DNA of 63,072 nt, counting the filler, from Octopus bimaculoides (lineage: Eukaryota): the NCBI RefSeq assembly GCF_001194135.2. It is 4 parts of 4 records of this genome, joined end to end, with 100 filler letters (N's around TTAATTAATTAA, not from the genome) between each part and the next. Parts side by side here need not be neighbours in the genome. Positions count along the whole stretch, not along the records: positions 1 to 17,115 come from NC_068991.1; 3 more parts are not named here. One strand, written 5' to 3'. A program made the translations under genes and the position numbers. Position 1 is the stretch's first letter. Each line of letters begins with the position of its first letter. This document shows, in pieces, positions 1-12,800 of this stretch. A model generated the notes under the pieces. The model searched no databases and was not told the origin of the DNA. It worked only from the letters and a program-made list of their open reading frames with translations.

Positions 1-26
1 TTTGTGTATATATAAATATATATGTA

Positions 27-244
27 TACGAAGGGATGGTGAAAAGTTCCTGGCTTTAAGAGTATCACGAAAGGCCTTGTTTGAGGCCCAACCTTCCGAG
101 TTCTTTTCCGTGACTTAGAGAAACTGAAGGACCGCTGCAATAAGTGTGTGAACCTGAGAGGAGAATATCTTGATTAGAATCATAATTAACTGATCCTCCT
201 GTATTTTCTTTTACCCAAATTCAGGAGCTTTTCAGTACCCTCAC
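27..244 (+). mobile_element. Mariner-derived MITE (~220 bp) retaining the transposase C-terminus
   Basis: Left end TACGAAGGGATGGTGAAAAGTTCCTGG and a degenerate inverted right end. Internal frame EKLKDRCNKCVNLRGEYLD* resembles the mariner C-terminus. Second copy at 8485-8711. Confidence 0.75.
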
Positions 245-248
245 GAAA

Positions 249-250
<2 letters not shown>

Positions 251-279
<29 letters not shown>

Positions 280-325
280 TGTATGTATGTATGCATGCAT
301 GTACGTGTGTATGTGTGTGTGTGTA
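251..325. repeat. (ATGT)n/(GT)n microsatellite
   Basis: Read directly; source of the MYVCMYV junk ORFs. Confidence 0.95.
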
Positions 326-758
326 CATATTACGCACAGACATACAGATATATTTATGCCCCATTATGGAATATACATCACTAAGCCCCCAATATTCTTC
401 GCTTCACTGCAAACGACAGACATATTTAACCGCTTGTAACACACTGTTTAATGATGTAATTACTTAATTACTGATCAAGCAACATCTTTAGTCATTTGTC
501 ATTTTCTTGGAAAGAATTATGTCTCTTTTGATTTTTCTTTTAGAAAAAGTTGAATTTAATTTAATCAAAACATTTCACAAACATCAAAACATGTCCACTA
601 CTTAATTACCGGATATTTTTGTAAACTGCAGTCTTATTAAAACAACGATCCGTCTCGACAACAAGTGCAGGAAATTATAAATCAAAGTAGATGAAGTTAA
701 GAAGGAAATTCACAATTTGCACACCACTGTAGTTGTATTATTTAGTAAGGCGTTAAGG

Positions 759-1140
759 TGGAGGCGCAATGGCCCAGTGGTTAGGGCAGCGGACACGTGG
801 TCGTAAGATCGTGGTTTCGATTCCCAGACCGGGCGTTGTGAGTTTTTATTGAGCAAAAACACCTAAAGTTCCACGAGGCTCCTGCAGGGGATGGTGGCGA
901 ACCCTGCTGTCCTCTTCCACCACAACTTTCTCTTACTTCCTGTTTCTGTTGTGCCTGTAATTCAAATGGTCAGCCTTGTCACATTGTGTCACGCTGAATA
1001 TCCCCGAGAACTACGTTAAGGGTACACGTGTCTGTGGAGTGCTCAGCCACTTGCACGTTAATTTCACGAGCAGGCTGTTCCGTTGATCAGATCAACTGGA
1101 ACCCTCGACACCGTAAGCGACGGAGTGCCAACAACAACAA
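759..1140 (+). mobile_element. tRNA-derived SINE family A, full length, with 13-bp TSD
   Basis: A box TGGCCCAGTGG, B box GGTTTCGATTCCC, (CAA)n tail. TAAGGCGTTAAGG at 746-758 and 1141-1153. Close inverted copy at 3803-4184. Confidence 0.9.
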
Positions 1141-1148
1141 TAAGGCGT

Positions 1149-1320
1149 TAAGGCTTCGAGCTGGCGGAATCGTTAACACGCCGGCTAAAATGCTTAGCAA
1201 CATTTCGTCCGTTTTTACATTCTGAGTTCAAATTCCGCCGAGGTCGATTTTACCTTTCATTTTTTCGAGGTCGATGAAATATATATCAGTCGAGCACTGG
1301 AGTCGATGTTATCGAGTGGT
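1149..1320 (+). mobile_element. SINE family C (GGCGAGCTGGCAGAA...GAGTTCAAATTCCGCCGAGGTCGAC)
   Basis: Matches more than 10 other copies in the window; Pol III A/B-box-like motifs. Confidence 0.8.
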
Positions 1321-1898
1321 TTCTTTTCTCAAAAATGTCATAAATCGAGCCTATAGTAGAAAGGGTTATTGAAGACGTTAAATAAAACAAGGTGGAGATT
1401 ATGATGGAAACTAGTGAGCACCAATTCGTTGTTATTACCGTTGCTGTACTCGTTGCTTAATCACGTGTCTGCCTTCATTGAACAGGCTTATGATTAAGGG
1501 ATCAAAACCACTCCAGCAGTGACCATCCTGATATTTATTTAGAGGAACATTATTGAATGTATCCCGCTTCTTGAAAGTCAGTCGGGTGTAATTTGCGAGA
1601 GATATGATTGCTGTTTCTAGCTGCATGGGTGTCCGTATGGAGCAGGAGTGGAGAACATTTCAGTACCAAAGACGAAATGAAAGTGTGTAGGAACTTGAGA
1701 AAAAAGAATGAATCTGATTTTACAACAAAACAACGAAAGAACTTTTTCTCTCTTCCTGATGAACAATTTTTTGCGGAATCTCCTCTCTCAACGGTGTAGA
1801 ACTTAAGAAACTTTAAACTTCACCGATTAACACAATTTTACCAACGCAGACTACCGTCAGTTTCTCTAAAATGTTGTTTGTTCCTTTTATACATACAT

Positions 1899-1931
<33 letters not shown>

Positions 1932-2000
1932 TACATACATACATACATACATACATACATACATGCATGCATGCATACATACATACATACATACATACAT

Positions 2001-2205
2001 AGATCGCTGACCACTACATTAAAATTTTTTTCTCCGTGTTTTTCTCCTTGTTTTTCTCCTTGTTTTTCTCCTTATTTCTTTCTGTTGAAGAGCGTAGCTC
2101 GAAACGTTAAAGACTTTCTCTATTCCCGAGCATTAAACTAATACATCCTTTTGTTGTTTACACCACTTGTCCTCGTCTGTTGTTGTTTTTTTCGTAAATT
2201 CTCCC
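2001..2205 (+). mobile_element. Short PLE-pLTR-like element (family Y) with hammerhead-like motif, embedded in (TACA)n
   Basis: CTGTTGA-A-GAGC GTA GCTC-GAAA CG TT at 2082-2108. Homologous copy at ~27660-27816. Confidence 0.6.
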
Positions 2206-2248
2206 ATACATACATACATACATACATACATACATACATACATACATA

Positions 2249-3757
2249 CAAGAAGGATACATTGATAATGTTGCTCTAAATAAAAATTCTCACGAGATAT
2301 AGGAATGGAGTTTGGGCAAGTCAACCGAAAAAAGATTGTCGACCAGACAGATAACATGTACATCAACGGTTTGCCTATCTCCTCTAATCTCTAATGATGA
2401 AAGCTACAAGTTCTTCGGAATCGATATGAATGTTGCATACGTTGGTTGCTTTCATTAAAGCCAGAATAACAAAAGAGCACTTCTGTAGACTTCGGAAAAT
2501 ATAGAATTCAGAGTTGTCTGTATTTAACAAGACCATATCTCACAATGCTTTTGCAGTGCCAGTGCTAGTACCAACATTTGGGATATTGGACTGGGCACTC
2601 GATGAAATACGCAGCCTGGACATCAAAACAGGAAAGGTACTGACTACCACTGGCGACTTTCACATTAATAGGGACTCTGGTAGGATTTATGTGAAACAAA
2701 ATGATGGCGATAGAGGTATAAAGTCTGTCCAAACAGACTTTGAATGTCGCATTGCATCACTCAGACAACACCTGATGAACAGTAAATAAAGAAACGTGTA
2801 CATTCCGTGCTTACTCAAAAGTGAGAACAACATCTTCGGAGTTGGAGAAGAACTACTGTACAGATACTCTGAGTATACAACCGTCTCATGCGACACAATG
2901 AAGGCTGGTCTGGTCTACCTAAACAGAAGCTTGGAGGAGAAGCAGACATCATATTAGCAAAAAGCAGTGCATGGGTACTTATATACCGTAAGCTAGAGAA
3001 CAACAAAATAATTGACAGGAAGAGTTGCCTCTCCTGGACCTATGCTAGATATATTACGTCTCACCTAGGAGGATATGCCTTCGCTATTCAGGAACGAGAG
3101 ATAGCTGGTAAATACCTGATAAACAAAAGGGTCAAATATTATACCAAATCTCCACATTGTGATAAAAAATGTCGGCTCAATTATACCAGTCTGGATGATA
3201 TCACTCACATCCTCAGTAGCTGTCTCAAAATATCTACGATATACTACATAACAAACCTGGTATTGTTTTCTGGGACAGGGAACAAAAGTCATGCACCGTT
3301 GTAGAGGTCAGCTGTCCTGCGGATGTGAATGTATAATCAAATGTCCAGGGAAAAGAGAACATTTATGGCGAATTAATGCGGAACATACAGTTCTTGTACC
3401 CGATGAATTCTCATTTGTACCTCTGATCATAGGTGCATTAGGTTATGTACCAACAAATTTGTACAAAAATCATGAAATATTCAGTTTCACAGAGTAAGAG
3501 CTAGTAAAACTGACGCAGAATCTCCAAATCCGATCTATTACTAGCACAGTGAAGATTTGTAAGACATTCCAAAAATTCTCCATGTGAGATGCTTATGTGA
3601 ATAGATACACGCATTTGTGTGTATACATCAGCGGTTCAACCAACCCAAACACATTTCTACAAACACCGGGAAATCTCTCAACTAAGAAAGTCTTGTCGCT
3701 TTGTTAGCGACTGACTCGAACTCTCTCAAGAAGACCTTAAAACTCAGAGAATCGTAC
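2249..3757 (+). mobile_element. 5'-truncated, decayed R4/Dong-clade RLE non-LTR retrotransposon (RT C-term, CCHC knuckle, RLE)
   Basis: Frameshifted motifs: FSRDIGMEFG; DESYKFFGID; HNAFAVPVLVPTFGILDW..EIRSLDIKT; CRL..SLDDITHILSSC; NKPGIVFWDREQKSCTVVEVSCPADVNV; IIGALGYV; VKICKTFQKF*. (TACA)n on both sides. Confidence 0.85.
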
Positions 3758-3802
3758 GTACATACATACATACATACATGCATACATACATGCATACATG
3801 CA

Positions 3803-4184
3803 TGTTGGCACTCCGTCGCTTACGACGTCGAGGGTTCCAGTTGATCCGATCAACGGAACAGCCTGCTCGTGAAATTAACGTGCAAGTGGCTGCGCACTCC
3901 ACAGACACGTGTACCCTTAACGTAGTTCTCGGGGATATTCAGCGTGACACAGTGTGACAAGGCTGACCCTTTGAATTACAGGCACAACAGAAACAGGAAG
4001 TAAGAGTGAGAGAAAGTTGTGGTGAAAGAATACAGCAGGGTTCGCCACCATCCCCTGCCGGAGGCTCGTGGAGCTTTAGGTGTTTTCGCTCAATAAACAC
4101 TCACAACGCCCGGTCTGGGAATCGAAACCGCGATCCTATGACCGCGAGTCCGCTGCCCTAACCACTGGGTCGTCGCGCCTCCAC
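3803..4184 (-). mobile_element. tRNA-derived SINE family A copy inside a (TACA)n tract
   Basis: Reverse complement of 759-1140 at high identity. Confidence 0.9.
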
Positions 4185-5149
4185 TACATACATACATACA
4201 TACATACATACATACATACATACATACATACATACTTATATTGATAAATAAATTAGTTAAAAGTAGTATCTTGATCCGAGAAACACAGTTCTGCAATCTC
4301 TCTCTGGACAAGCGGCACAAATGATTTGTTTCTGGTGATCAAATGTTTGTGCTGTGCAGCAGTTCATTCCTTCTATCAAATAGACGTTGCCTGTAAAAGT
4401 GCACGGTGTGTCACATGTCAAGTGTCGAAGTGATCGGAGAGCAACGTAAGATGACGTGTGTTGCTTAAGAACACAGGTACACACACAAATTCATATATAC
4501 ACACATACACACACACATTATGGTACATTTTTAGTTCTGAGTTCTTAGTTTGAGCTATGAGCTGCTCACATGATCGTTGCAAGCCCTCGGAGACCAGCCA
4601 GAAAAATAAAACAATTTAGCAATTCACAAAGACAAATGAATGACGACAAGAATAAGCATACATGCTGAAGGGAATTTCTGAGGGGTAATGACTTTGTTCT
4701 CCACTTCTAAGAAGGAAGACAATGGTTTGGGTAGAATAGTTATTAGAGGCTGTAGGAGGTGAGGTACAGTCGGAGGAAACGCAAGAAGGAAAGCCAGCTG
4801 TGCCTGGGAGGGGAAGCAACATGTTTTAGGAAGACAAAAATATCAATGAGAACGTTTAAGAGTAAATAGGTCAATGACCTTATGTATGTCTCGCTTACTT
4901 GGGTATATGCTTAGATATTAGAGCATAGCACCGCTGTATACTCAACTACGTGTCAATGACATGCCGAGCCAACGTGTGAGTCATATAAGGTGGTTGTAAG
5001 ATCTACTGGAGATAGCAACCACATCGTCCTCAAAACATACTCTATGTATGTATGAATGTATGTATGTATGTATGTATGTATGTATGTATGTATGTATGTA
5101 TGTTTGTATGTATGTATTATGTTTGTATGTATGTATGTATGCATGTATG

Positions 5150-5183
<34 letters not shown>

Positions 5184-5221
5184 TGTATGTATGTATGTAT
5201 GTATATGTGCATGCTTGTATA

Positions 5222-5653
5222 TATGTCATTATTCAGTTTATTTCAAGATTTCTTGCCAATAAAGAACTGGTTTCTAACCTAGATCCAAGGCTTCTTCATT
5301 GGAATTTCAACGTCAGCAACAAGGTATGTATGTATGTATGTATGTATGTATGTATGTCCAGATTTGTATGTTTTATGTATGTATTCTCATGCATATAGTT
5401 GCATAAATAGATATGTTCATATATATCTGGAAAGTTTTACAGATCTTTACAGTTCCAGTGATGGATTGGATCTGTAGTCTTCGAATTAGCTTTTGCCTTT
5501 CTGGTTCTGAGAAGCCTAATTTATCAAGATTGATATTTAGGCAGTGTGTTACATATCCCAGGACCCCAATAATTACAGGTATAAACCTGAACTTGTAATA
5601 TGGATAGAGTAACTGCAGATTTCCCAATAGTTCAGCATAGGTGTTCTCTTTTT
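5222..5653 (-). mobile_element. 3' fragment of R4/Dong-clade RLE retrotransposon (subfamily 2)
   Basis: ORF 5373-5627 reads LQLLYPYYKFRFIPVIIGVLGYV...LQIQSITGTVKICKTF. 3'UTR has an internal (TACA)n. (ATGT)n on both flanks. Confidence 0.85.
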
Positions 5654-5841
5654 ATGTATGTATGTATGTAAGTATGTATGTATGTATGTATGTATGTATG
5701 TATGTATGTATGTATGTATGTGTCTGTCTGTCTATCTGTTTGTCTATCTGTCTGTCTGTCTGTCTGTATGTCTATCTATCTATCTGTTTTTGTCTATTTC
5801 ATTCAACCACTCAGTCACTCACTAACTCATTCTCTCTCTCA

Positions 5842-5889
<48 letters not shown>

Positions 5890-6118
5890 GCACACACATT
5901 TACATATCTGTGTCTGTGAAAGTACATGTGTATTGTTTGCGCGTGTGCGTGCGTATGTATATATGCACAAATACAGGTCTGTATAAGGGTGTGTGTGGAT
6001 TTATGTACATATATACGGCTGTCTATGTGTGTATGTTTATAAAGCGTTACGAAAATAACATAGCTACATAATCTACATGCCTACCTACATAGCTATCTGC
6101 CTGTCTGTTTCCCTCTCT

Positions 6119-6186
<68 letters not shown>

Positions 6187-6194
6187 CCTACCTA

Positions 6195-6244
<50 letters not shown>

Positions 6245-6265
6245 GGTCTGTCTGTCTGTCTGTCT
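5654..6265. repeat. Compound microsatellite cluster: (ATGT)n, (GTCT)n, (CA)n, (CT)n, (ATCT)n
   Basis: Read directly. Confidence 0.95.
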
Positions 6266-6528
6266 TGACTACTATGGGGCAGACAGATAGCAGCCTACCC
6301 ATTCCTGTCATGTCATGTGTGAATATAGTCAACTATTTAACCCTAAACCAAAAACAAATCAGCCATTATTCAGATATCTTCAATATCTCTTCATTTAGTT
6401 ATTGAAAATATCTGAATAAATTTATCTCCTCATTTAGTTAAATTATTTATGTGCAACGAAGACAAAACCACCATGTGTTTAAATATTTTACGTACTTATC
6501 CATGCATGTATAGATACACGTGTGTGCG

Positions 6529-6568
<40 letters not shown>

Positions 6569-7047
6569 GTCACACACAAACGCACATTTTGATAAAGATA
6601 GTTTTTTGATAAAAATAAATGAGTATTGTACGTTTTCTTTTTCATGACTGTGTACCTACTTTTGCCACACCACATATGTATATATATATATTTTTCTCGT
6701 CTGGCCGTAAAGCCTTTTCTGTTTGTTTTCCTGTCTTGTTTTTTGTCCGCCACTACATTCCTCCATGGCTAGATTTAATTTGCGTATACAAATTTAATCT
6801 GCGATCCATGGGACGAGCCGTTTTAACGATGCGTCCTGCCCGAAGCTCGTCGAAACGCCGGTGTTAAAACGTGGGTAGCTGATGAAGTAGAATGTTCTCT
6901 ATGTGGCTCGTGTGTTCTCGTCTACGTTTGTTTGCAATGTCCTGTACCCAGATATGCACCTATACATACAGGTGGATGTCGGTATGCACATACCTGTACG
7001 TATATATGCATATACTCATTTACTATTTGTTTAAATATATATATATA

Positions 7048-7121
<74 letters not shown>

Positions 7122-8222
7122 TGTTGTTTGTATTGTTTTCAATTTGGGTCTTTCGTTGTTCGAAAGAATAGTTCATGTTCCATGTACTTGTACTTCGTAT
7201 TTTTTGTTGTACACGTATCGTGACGTCCTGTGCCCACATATGCATACATGTTTTGCACGCACTTCTTCACCTCTCCAGTTCGTGCTTCACAGCGTTCAAT
7301 ACACACACACTTCTCCACGTCTGGCTGTACAGCCTTTTTGTTTGTTTATTTCACCGTTTCGTTTTCCTGTCTTGTTTTCCNNNNNNNNNNNNNNNNNNNN
7401 NNNNNNNNNNNNNNNNNNNNNNNNNNNNNNNNNNNNNNNNNNNNNNNNNNNNNNNNNNNNNNNNNNNNNNNNNNNNNNNNNNNNNNNNNNNNNNNNNNNN
7501 NNNNNNNNNNNNNNNNNNNNNNNNNNNNNNNNNNNNNNNNNNNNNNNNNNNNNNNNNNNNNNNNNNNNNNNNNNNNNNNNNNNNNNNNNNNNNNNNNNNN
7601 NNNNNNNNNNNNNNNNNNNNNNNNNNNNNNNNNNNNNNNNNNNNNNNNNNNNNNNNNNNNNNNNNNNNNNNNNNNNNNNNNNNNNNNNNNNNNNNNNNNN
7701 NNNNNNNNNNNNNNNNNNNATATATATATACACGCACACACACATATACATACATACGTAGATACATATTTGAAATATTTTAATACACTGGTGCAGTAGT
7801 ATTTGCTTTATACTCACTGCTGCTAGCTCGCCTTTGCACTGGTTGGGGAAACTGCTTAGCATGTAAAACTTCTTTGCCAGTACCCAGCTTCTCTCCTTCA
7901 CCTAGACTCCTGCCAAGCCTCGCCGCAGTTTCAGACAGTAACTGGGTTCTTTGCAGCATCATGCTATCTTAGCAAGGGATCTTGGCGGAAACAGTGGCCT
8001 CTAGAGATACAGTGCGCACGCCTACACTGCTGGATTCAACCTGATGTTTACTAATTAGTGCATTAGTACCCAGTGAATAAATCCTTCAAAACAAAGGCTT
8101 ATGGGAGTAAATAATTTGTTGCAGTCAGCTTTTAGGTAGTTTCCCAGAGAAACTGCATCCTCCAACTGCAGCCTCCTGCCGTTGGGTGGCGCTAGCAGTC
8201 GTTTATCTTTTATAATCTATCG

Positions 8223-8838
8223 TTTACTCATTTCAGTCATTGGAGTGCGGCCATGCTGGGGCACTGCTTTAAAGGGTTTTAGCAGAACAAATTATTCCCC
8301 GTCTCCTTGCAGTATTAATTTTTAAAGTTTGGTACTTATTCTGTTGTTTTTTTTTTTTACCGAACCGCTAATTCAGTGGACGTAAACAAATCGGTGCCAT
8401 TGTCAAGCGGTGAGTGCGGACAAAGAAAGACACACGCACGTGCATATGCACACGTAAGCACATACACAAACTCACGCGTACATATACGAGGAGGGTTGGT
8501 GCTGCAAAGTGCTTGGCTTTAAGGATATCGCGAAAGGTCTGGCTGGAGGTCCAACCTTCCGAGGTTTTTTACAGGGCTTAGAAAAACTGAAGGATCACTG
8601 CAATTAGTGTGTGAATCTGAGACAGGCACATATTAAATAAAATCACAATTAACCGGTCCACCTATATTTTCTTTTTTCCAAAGCCAGGAACTTTTTCAGC
8701 ACTCCCTCATACGACGGTCTTCTTTCAGTTTCCGCTACCAGTTCCACTTACAAGGCCTTGGTCGGCTTAGGGTTGTAGTAGTAGACCCATTTTCGACGTA
8801 GTGGGACTGAACCTGAAACCATGTAGTTAGGAATCAAA
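8223..8838 (-). mobile_element. SINE family B, interrupted by a mariner MITE
   Basis: Both halves of the family-B consensus flank the MITE at 8485-8711. Confidence 0.75.
8485..8711 (+). mobile_element. Mariner MITE, same family as 27-244
   Basis: TACGAGG...GTGCTGCAAAGTGCTTGGCTTT and AAAGCCAGGAACTTTTTCAGCACTCCCTCATA ends; colinear interior. Confidence 0.8.
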
Positions 8839-9007
8839 CTTCTAACTTCTAACGACACAGTTATTATTATTAAATCTGTTTCCTTCTAGATAGCGACAAC
8901 AGGAAGTGAGCACTCCCATTATCATAATAAAGTTTTATTGCACAGGCATTTTCACCGGCAAGATAGACGATTGATGTTGGATAACTAACGGTGATGGCAG
9001 TTCTTAT

Positions 9008-9237
9008 TTCTTTATTGCCCACAAGGGGCTAAACATAGAGGGGACAAACAAGGACAGACAAAGGGATTAAGTCAATTACATCGACCCAGTGCGTAACTGG
9101 TACTTAATTTATCGACCCCCGAAAGGATGAAAGGCAAAGTCGACCTCGGCGGAATTTGAACTCAGAACGTAACGGCAGACGAAATACCACCAAGCATTTC
9201 GCCCGGCGTGCTAACGATTCTGCCAACTCACCGCCTC
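9008..9237 (-). mobile_element. SINE family C, long-tail variant
   Basis: Highly similar to 18972-19192 and to the reverse complement of 41189-41400. Confidence 0.85.
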
Positions 9238-9701
9238 CTTGATGATAGTTCTGGAAGTGATGGAATTTTCCTTGTGAGATATTTACGAGTNNNNNNNNNN
9301 NNNNNNNNNNNNNNNNNNNNNNNNNNNNNNNNNNNNNNNNNNNNNNNNNNNNNNNNNNNNNNNNNNNNNNNNNNNNNNNNNNNNNNNNNNNNNNNNNNNN
9401 NNNNNNNNNNNNNNNNNNNNNNNNNNNNNNNNNNNNNNNGGAAACGGCGCCTATCAGGGAATTCCATATAGCGATCATAAAATCAAAAATAGCATACCAC
9501 TCAATCTTGTCACGTGGGGAACAGGGACACTGCTTGATGTCAGCAACTTAACAAACTCAAGTGAGAAACGCTCAGAATCCCTTTTTAATACCCAATTGAT
9601 GCAACAGAATAGTCACATGTCCCATCTACAATCGAAGTTGCACATCGAAGATCGGATTATACATTTGTCAAAGTACCCCACAACATGCACGCACGACCGC
9701 G

Positions 9702-9740
<39 letters not shown>

Positions 9741-9741
<1 letters not shown>

Positions 9742-10060
9742 TGGAGGTGCATTGTGGCTGAATGATTAAGAAGTTTGTTTTGCAGCCACGTTGTGTGGTA
9801 TCTGTTAAACTTTCTATGCTTTGGAACAACTTATACTATGTGAGTGTAATAACTGTATGGAAGCCTATCAAGTGGGTAGCACCTGTAATTTAAAGGCCCA
9901 GCCTTGGTCATATACTGCTTCACTTTTTATTACCCCAGAGAATTACATGAAGGGCACACATGTCAGTTGAATGCTTTGCTATTAACACATCGATTCAGAA
10001 GCAGATTGCTCAGTTGATCGAACAACTGAATCGTCGTCGATCAATGACGGAGATCCATCC
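9741..10060 (+). mobile_element. Old SINE sharing the family-A body
   Basis: Degenerate tRNA-like head plus CACCTGTAATTTAAAGGCCCAGCCTTG...GTTGATCGAACAACTG, similar to family A. Confidence 0.5.
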
Positions 10061-10404
10061 TCTTATCTCCAAAAAAAAACAAAACCTGTCGTTTTCTGTA
10101 ATGACCTATCGACTTTGGAGAATTCTTGATTCTTGTGATTATCTCCCCTTCTCAAATGGAACTGGTTTTAATCGCCAGTTGGCAATTATAATATATCTTC
10201 TAGAGGCAGAGATGCTTTTAATAAACCACGCATTTATGTTGTATGGTATTATATATAACTGCATTTGTCAATATTGTTCCAGTACTTGATTGGCCGCTCT
10301 GCTATTGCTCATAGTTCATTTTATTTACGCACACACACACACACTCACATATATAAGTCTCTGTTCGTGTGTGTCTGTTTGTGCCTGTGCGCGTGTGTGT
10401 ATGA

Positions 10405-10491
<87 letters not shown>

Positions 10492-11307
10492 TGTGTATAC
10501 AAATATATATCTACAGCATGTTAATACATTAATCCATATTAGAACAGCAGTTAGATAATGGTTTTAACATATAGATTTATACATTCATATACACACACGC
10601 ACTCATATATATGTATACATGAATATATATATATATATATACGTATATATACATACACACACACATACATATACACACATACATATACATACATACATAT
10701 ATGTATGCGTGTATGTATGTATATATGTATGTGTGTGTAGAAGTTTATACATTTGTATATGTATGCATCTGTTTGTATTGCAGACATAATAAATTCCTAT
10801 TGATATGTAGGATATATGTTAAGTTCTAGACTTAGAGTCTCTATATACCCCTTGAAATTAATGTGATTCTTTGATGTTAGGTATCTTGTATTTGAAATCA
10901 AACTGTCTCTATGAAGGTTTATACTCCTTAATCTCCATTCCTCAAATTCATTCAGAGATTTTTAAACACCGCCGTACATTTATTCATCTTTTATGTCAGC
11001 TCGTACGAATCTGTTTCCGTCGCTAATCGTTTTCTATGATATACTGTATATCTTTACTTAACTGACTGCAATATAAGCTTGTATGACTACATCTTTTTGC
11101 TCCTCTCTGCTCCTCTTTATTACTGTAGACATCATAAATACACTGATACAGGTTATGATACTATTAGTTTTATTATTTGTCTTCTGAAGATGTGAAACTT
11201 AGGACGGCTCAAACATAATTAATTATGTAATACACATAACTGAGGTCGTGAGCGGTAGGAAAGAATGAAATGAAATTAACCGATTGCTTCATTTACCAGT
11301 TAATCGT

Positions 11308-11353
<46 letters not shown>

Positions 11354-12110
11354 TGTATCTTTTACTTGTTTTAATCATTGGACTGCAGCCTTGAAGGGTT
11401 TAGTTGAACAAATTGACCCCAGTACATAGTTTTAAACTTGGTACTTATTTCACCGGTTCCTTATGCCGAACCGCTTGGTTTACGCGTGCACAAACTACAA
11501 ATATATACAAACGCATACACACNNNNNNNNNNNNNNNNNNNNNNNNNNNNNNNNNNNNNNNNNNNNNNNNNNNNNNNNNNNNNNNNNNNNNNNNNNNNNN
11601 NNNNNNNNNNNNNNNNNNNNNNNNNTTACACACACGCACACAGATAGGTAAATATATGTTTGTTTTCTGTTAAGTTATTTATAAAAACATTTCAATATTA
11701 AACTGAAGGATTACTCGATACTTTTTTTTTTTTTTAGAGAAGTTTATATTTGTTATGATTTACAAGGAAAATGTCGACAGTGACTGCGAAGTTACGAAAT
11801 CTGACGAAAGCGAGCAAACCGGGACTTCAAAGTCATTCTTGTATGTAAGCTGTGGTGAGACTGGCGATTGACAACATTTTTGTGAGTTGGCTATTTTGCG
11901 TATGCGTGTATGCCCTGCAACTACTCCATCGAAAGCAGACCTTACCTAAATGCTAACTGGTTTTATGTGGCGAGAAAAATCCTACAAGTCAGTGATGCTG
12001 AATGTCCACCTTCATCCATGTGGTGTTTATGCTGGTATTTTTCCGTATAACTGCTGTAATGACGTAGATTGATTATCTGGCGGCTTTTGCAGGCAATGTA
12101 GTTTTGTTGT

Positions 12111-12272
12111 TGTTGTGTCGACACCCCCAGGCGAAGAAGTAGGATCTCCCAAGACATAAATAAAGGTAGTCTGGCCGTGGTAGAGGTGTTGAGTAGCAGT
12201 CGAGTAGCAGTTGTGTAGCGGTTGAGTAGAGATCATCCGAAGGTGCTAGATAGCAGTAGCGTTGAGACATAA
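12111..12272 (-). repeat. Dispersed ~165-bp repeat with TGT...ACA ends (solo-LTR-like)
   Basis: Second copy at 54361-54531. Minus strand begins TGTCTCAA and ends CGACACA. Confidence 0.5.
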
Positions 12273-12734
12273 CAGTTGTACGAGCTACATGAAACGTACA
12301 TATTATGGAGGAGGGTCATTTACATAAATATTTCAAATAGATCAAGGTTGAACCAAATTTGCTGTGAAGAGAAATCGGCTTAAGGTTGGCAGAGCGTCGT
12401 TCAGTTAGCTAACTAACTGGTTACCAGAGGTTTCAGAGGGGATTTTATGCAATAAAAAGAGTAAGTGTTGCAATTTGATTACGTAATAGTTTGATGATAC
12501 ATCGTGTGAAGGTAAAGTGATGGATGGGTAAAGGTTGTATTTAGAGGTTTGTACGAGGTTAACAGAGCTTAAAGTATTAGTATATCAATCAGAGAAACGG
12601 GTACATATTGGTACGAACTGTTAAACACGGTTCTAGAATGCAAAAGACTCGGCGGCCTGTGCATCAAGAACATTGGTGTTAAAGAATTGTAAGAGCCATG
12701 AAGAATCACTTCAGAGAAGGGTTATATGAGAGAT

Positions 12735-12800
<66 letters not shown>

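Noticed and set aside
759-830. tRNA genes at SINE heads
   Set aside because: A and B boxes are present, but they continue into SINE bodies and lack full cloverleaves.
1515-1565. ~30-bp inverted similarity to 2257-2285 (possible twin-priming 5' inversion)
   Set aside because: Short and AT-rich, and the surrounding translation is not RT-like.
11183-11215. CTGAAGATGTGAAAC hammerhead-like string
   Set aside because: No stem II or stem I can form.
11830-11960. Ty3/gypsy gag-like SQLTK...ASL on the minus strand beside the solo-LTR-like repeat
   Set aside because: Too short and stop-ridden, and there is no PBS after the repeat.
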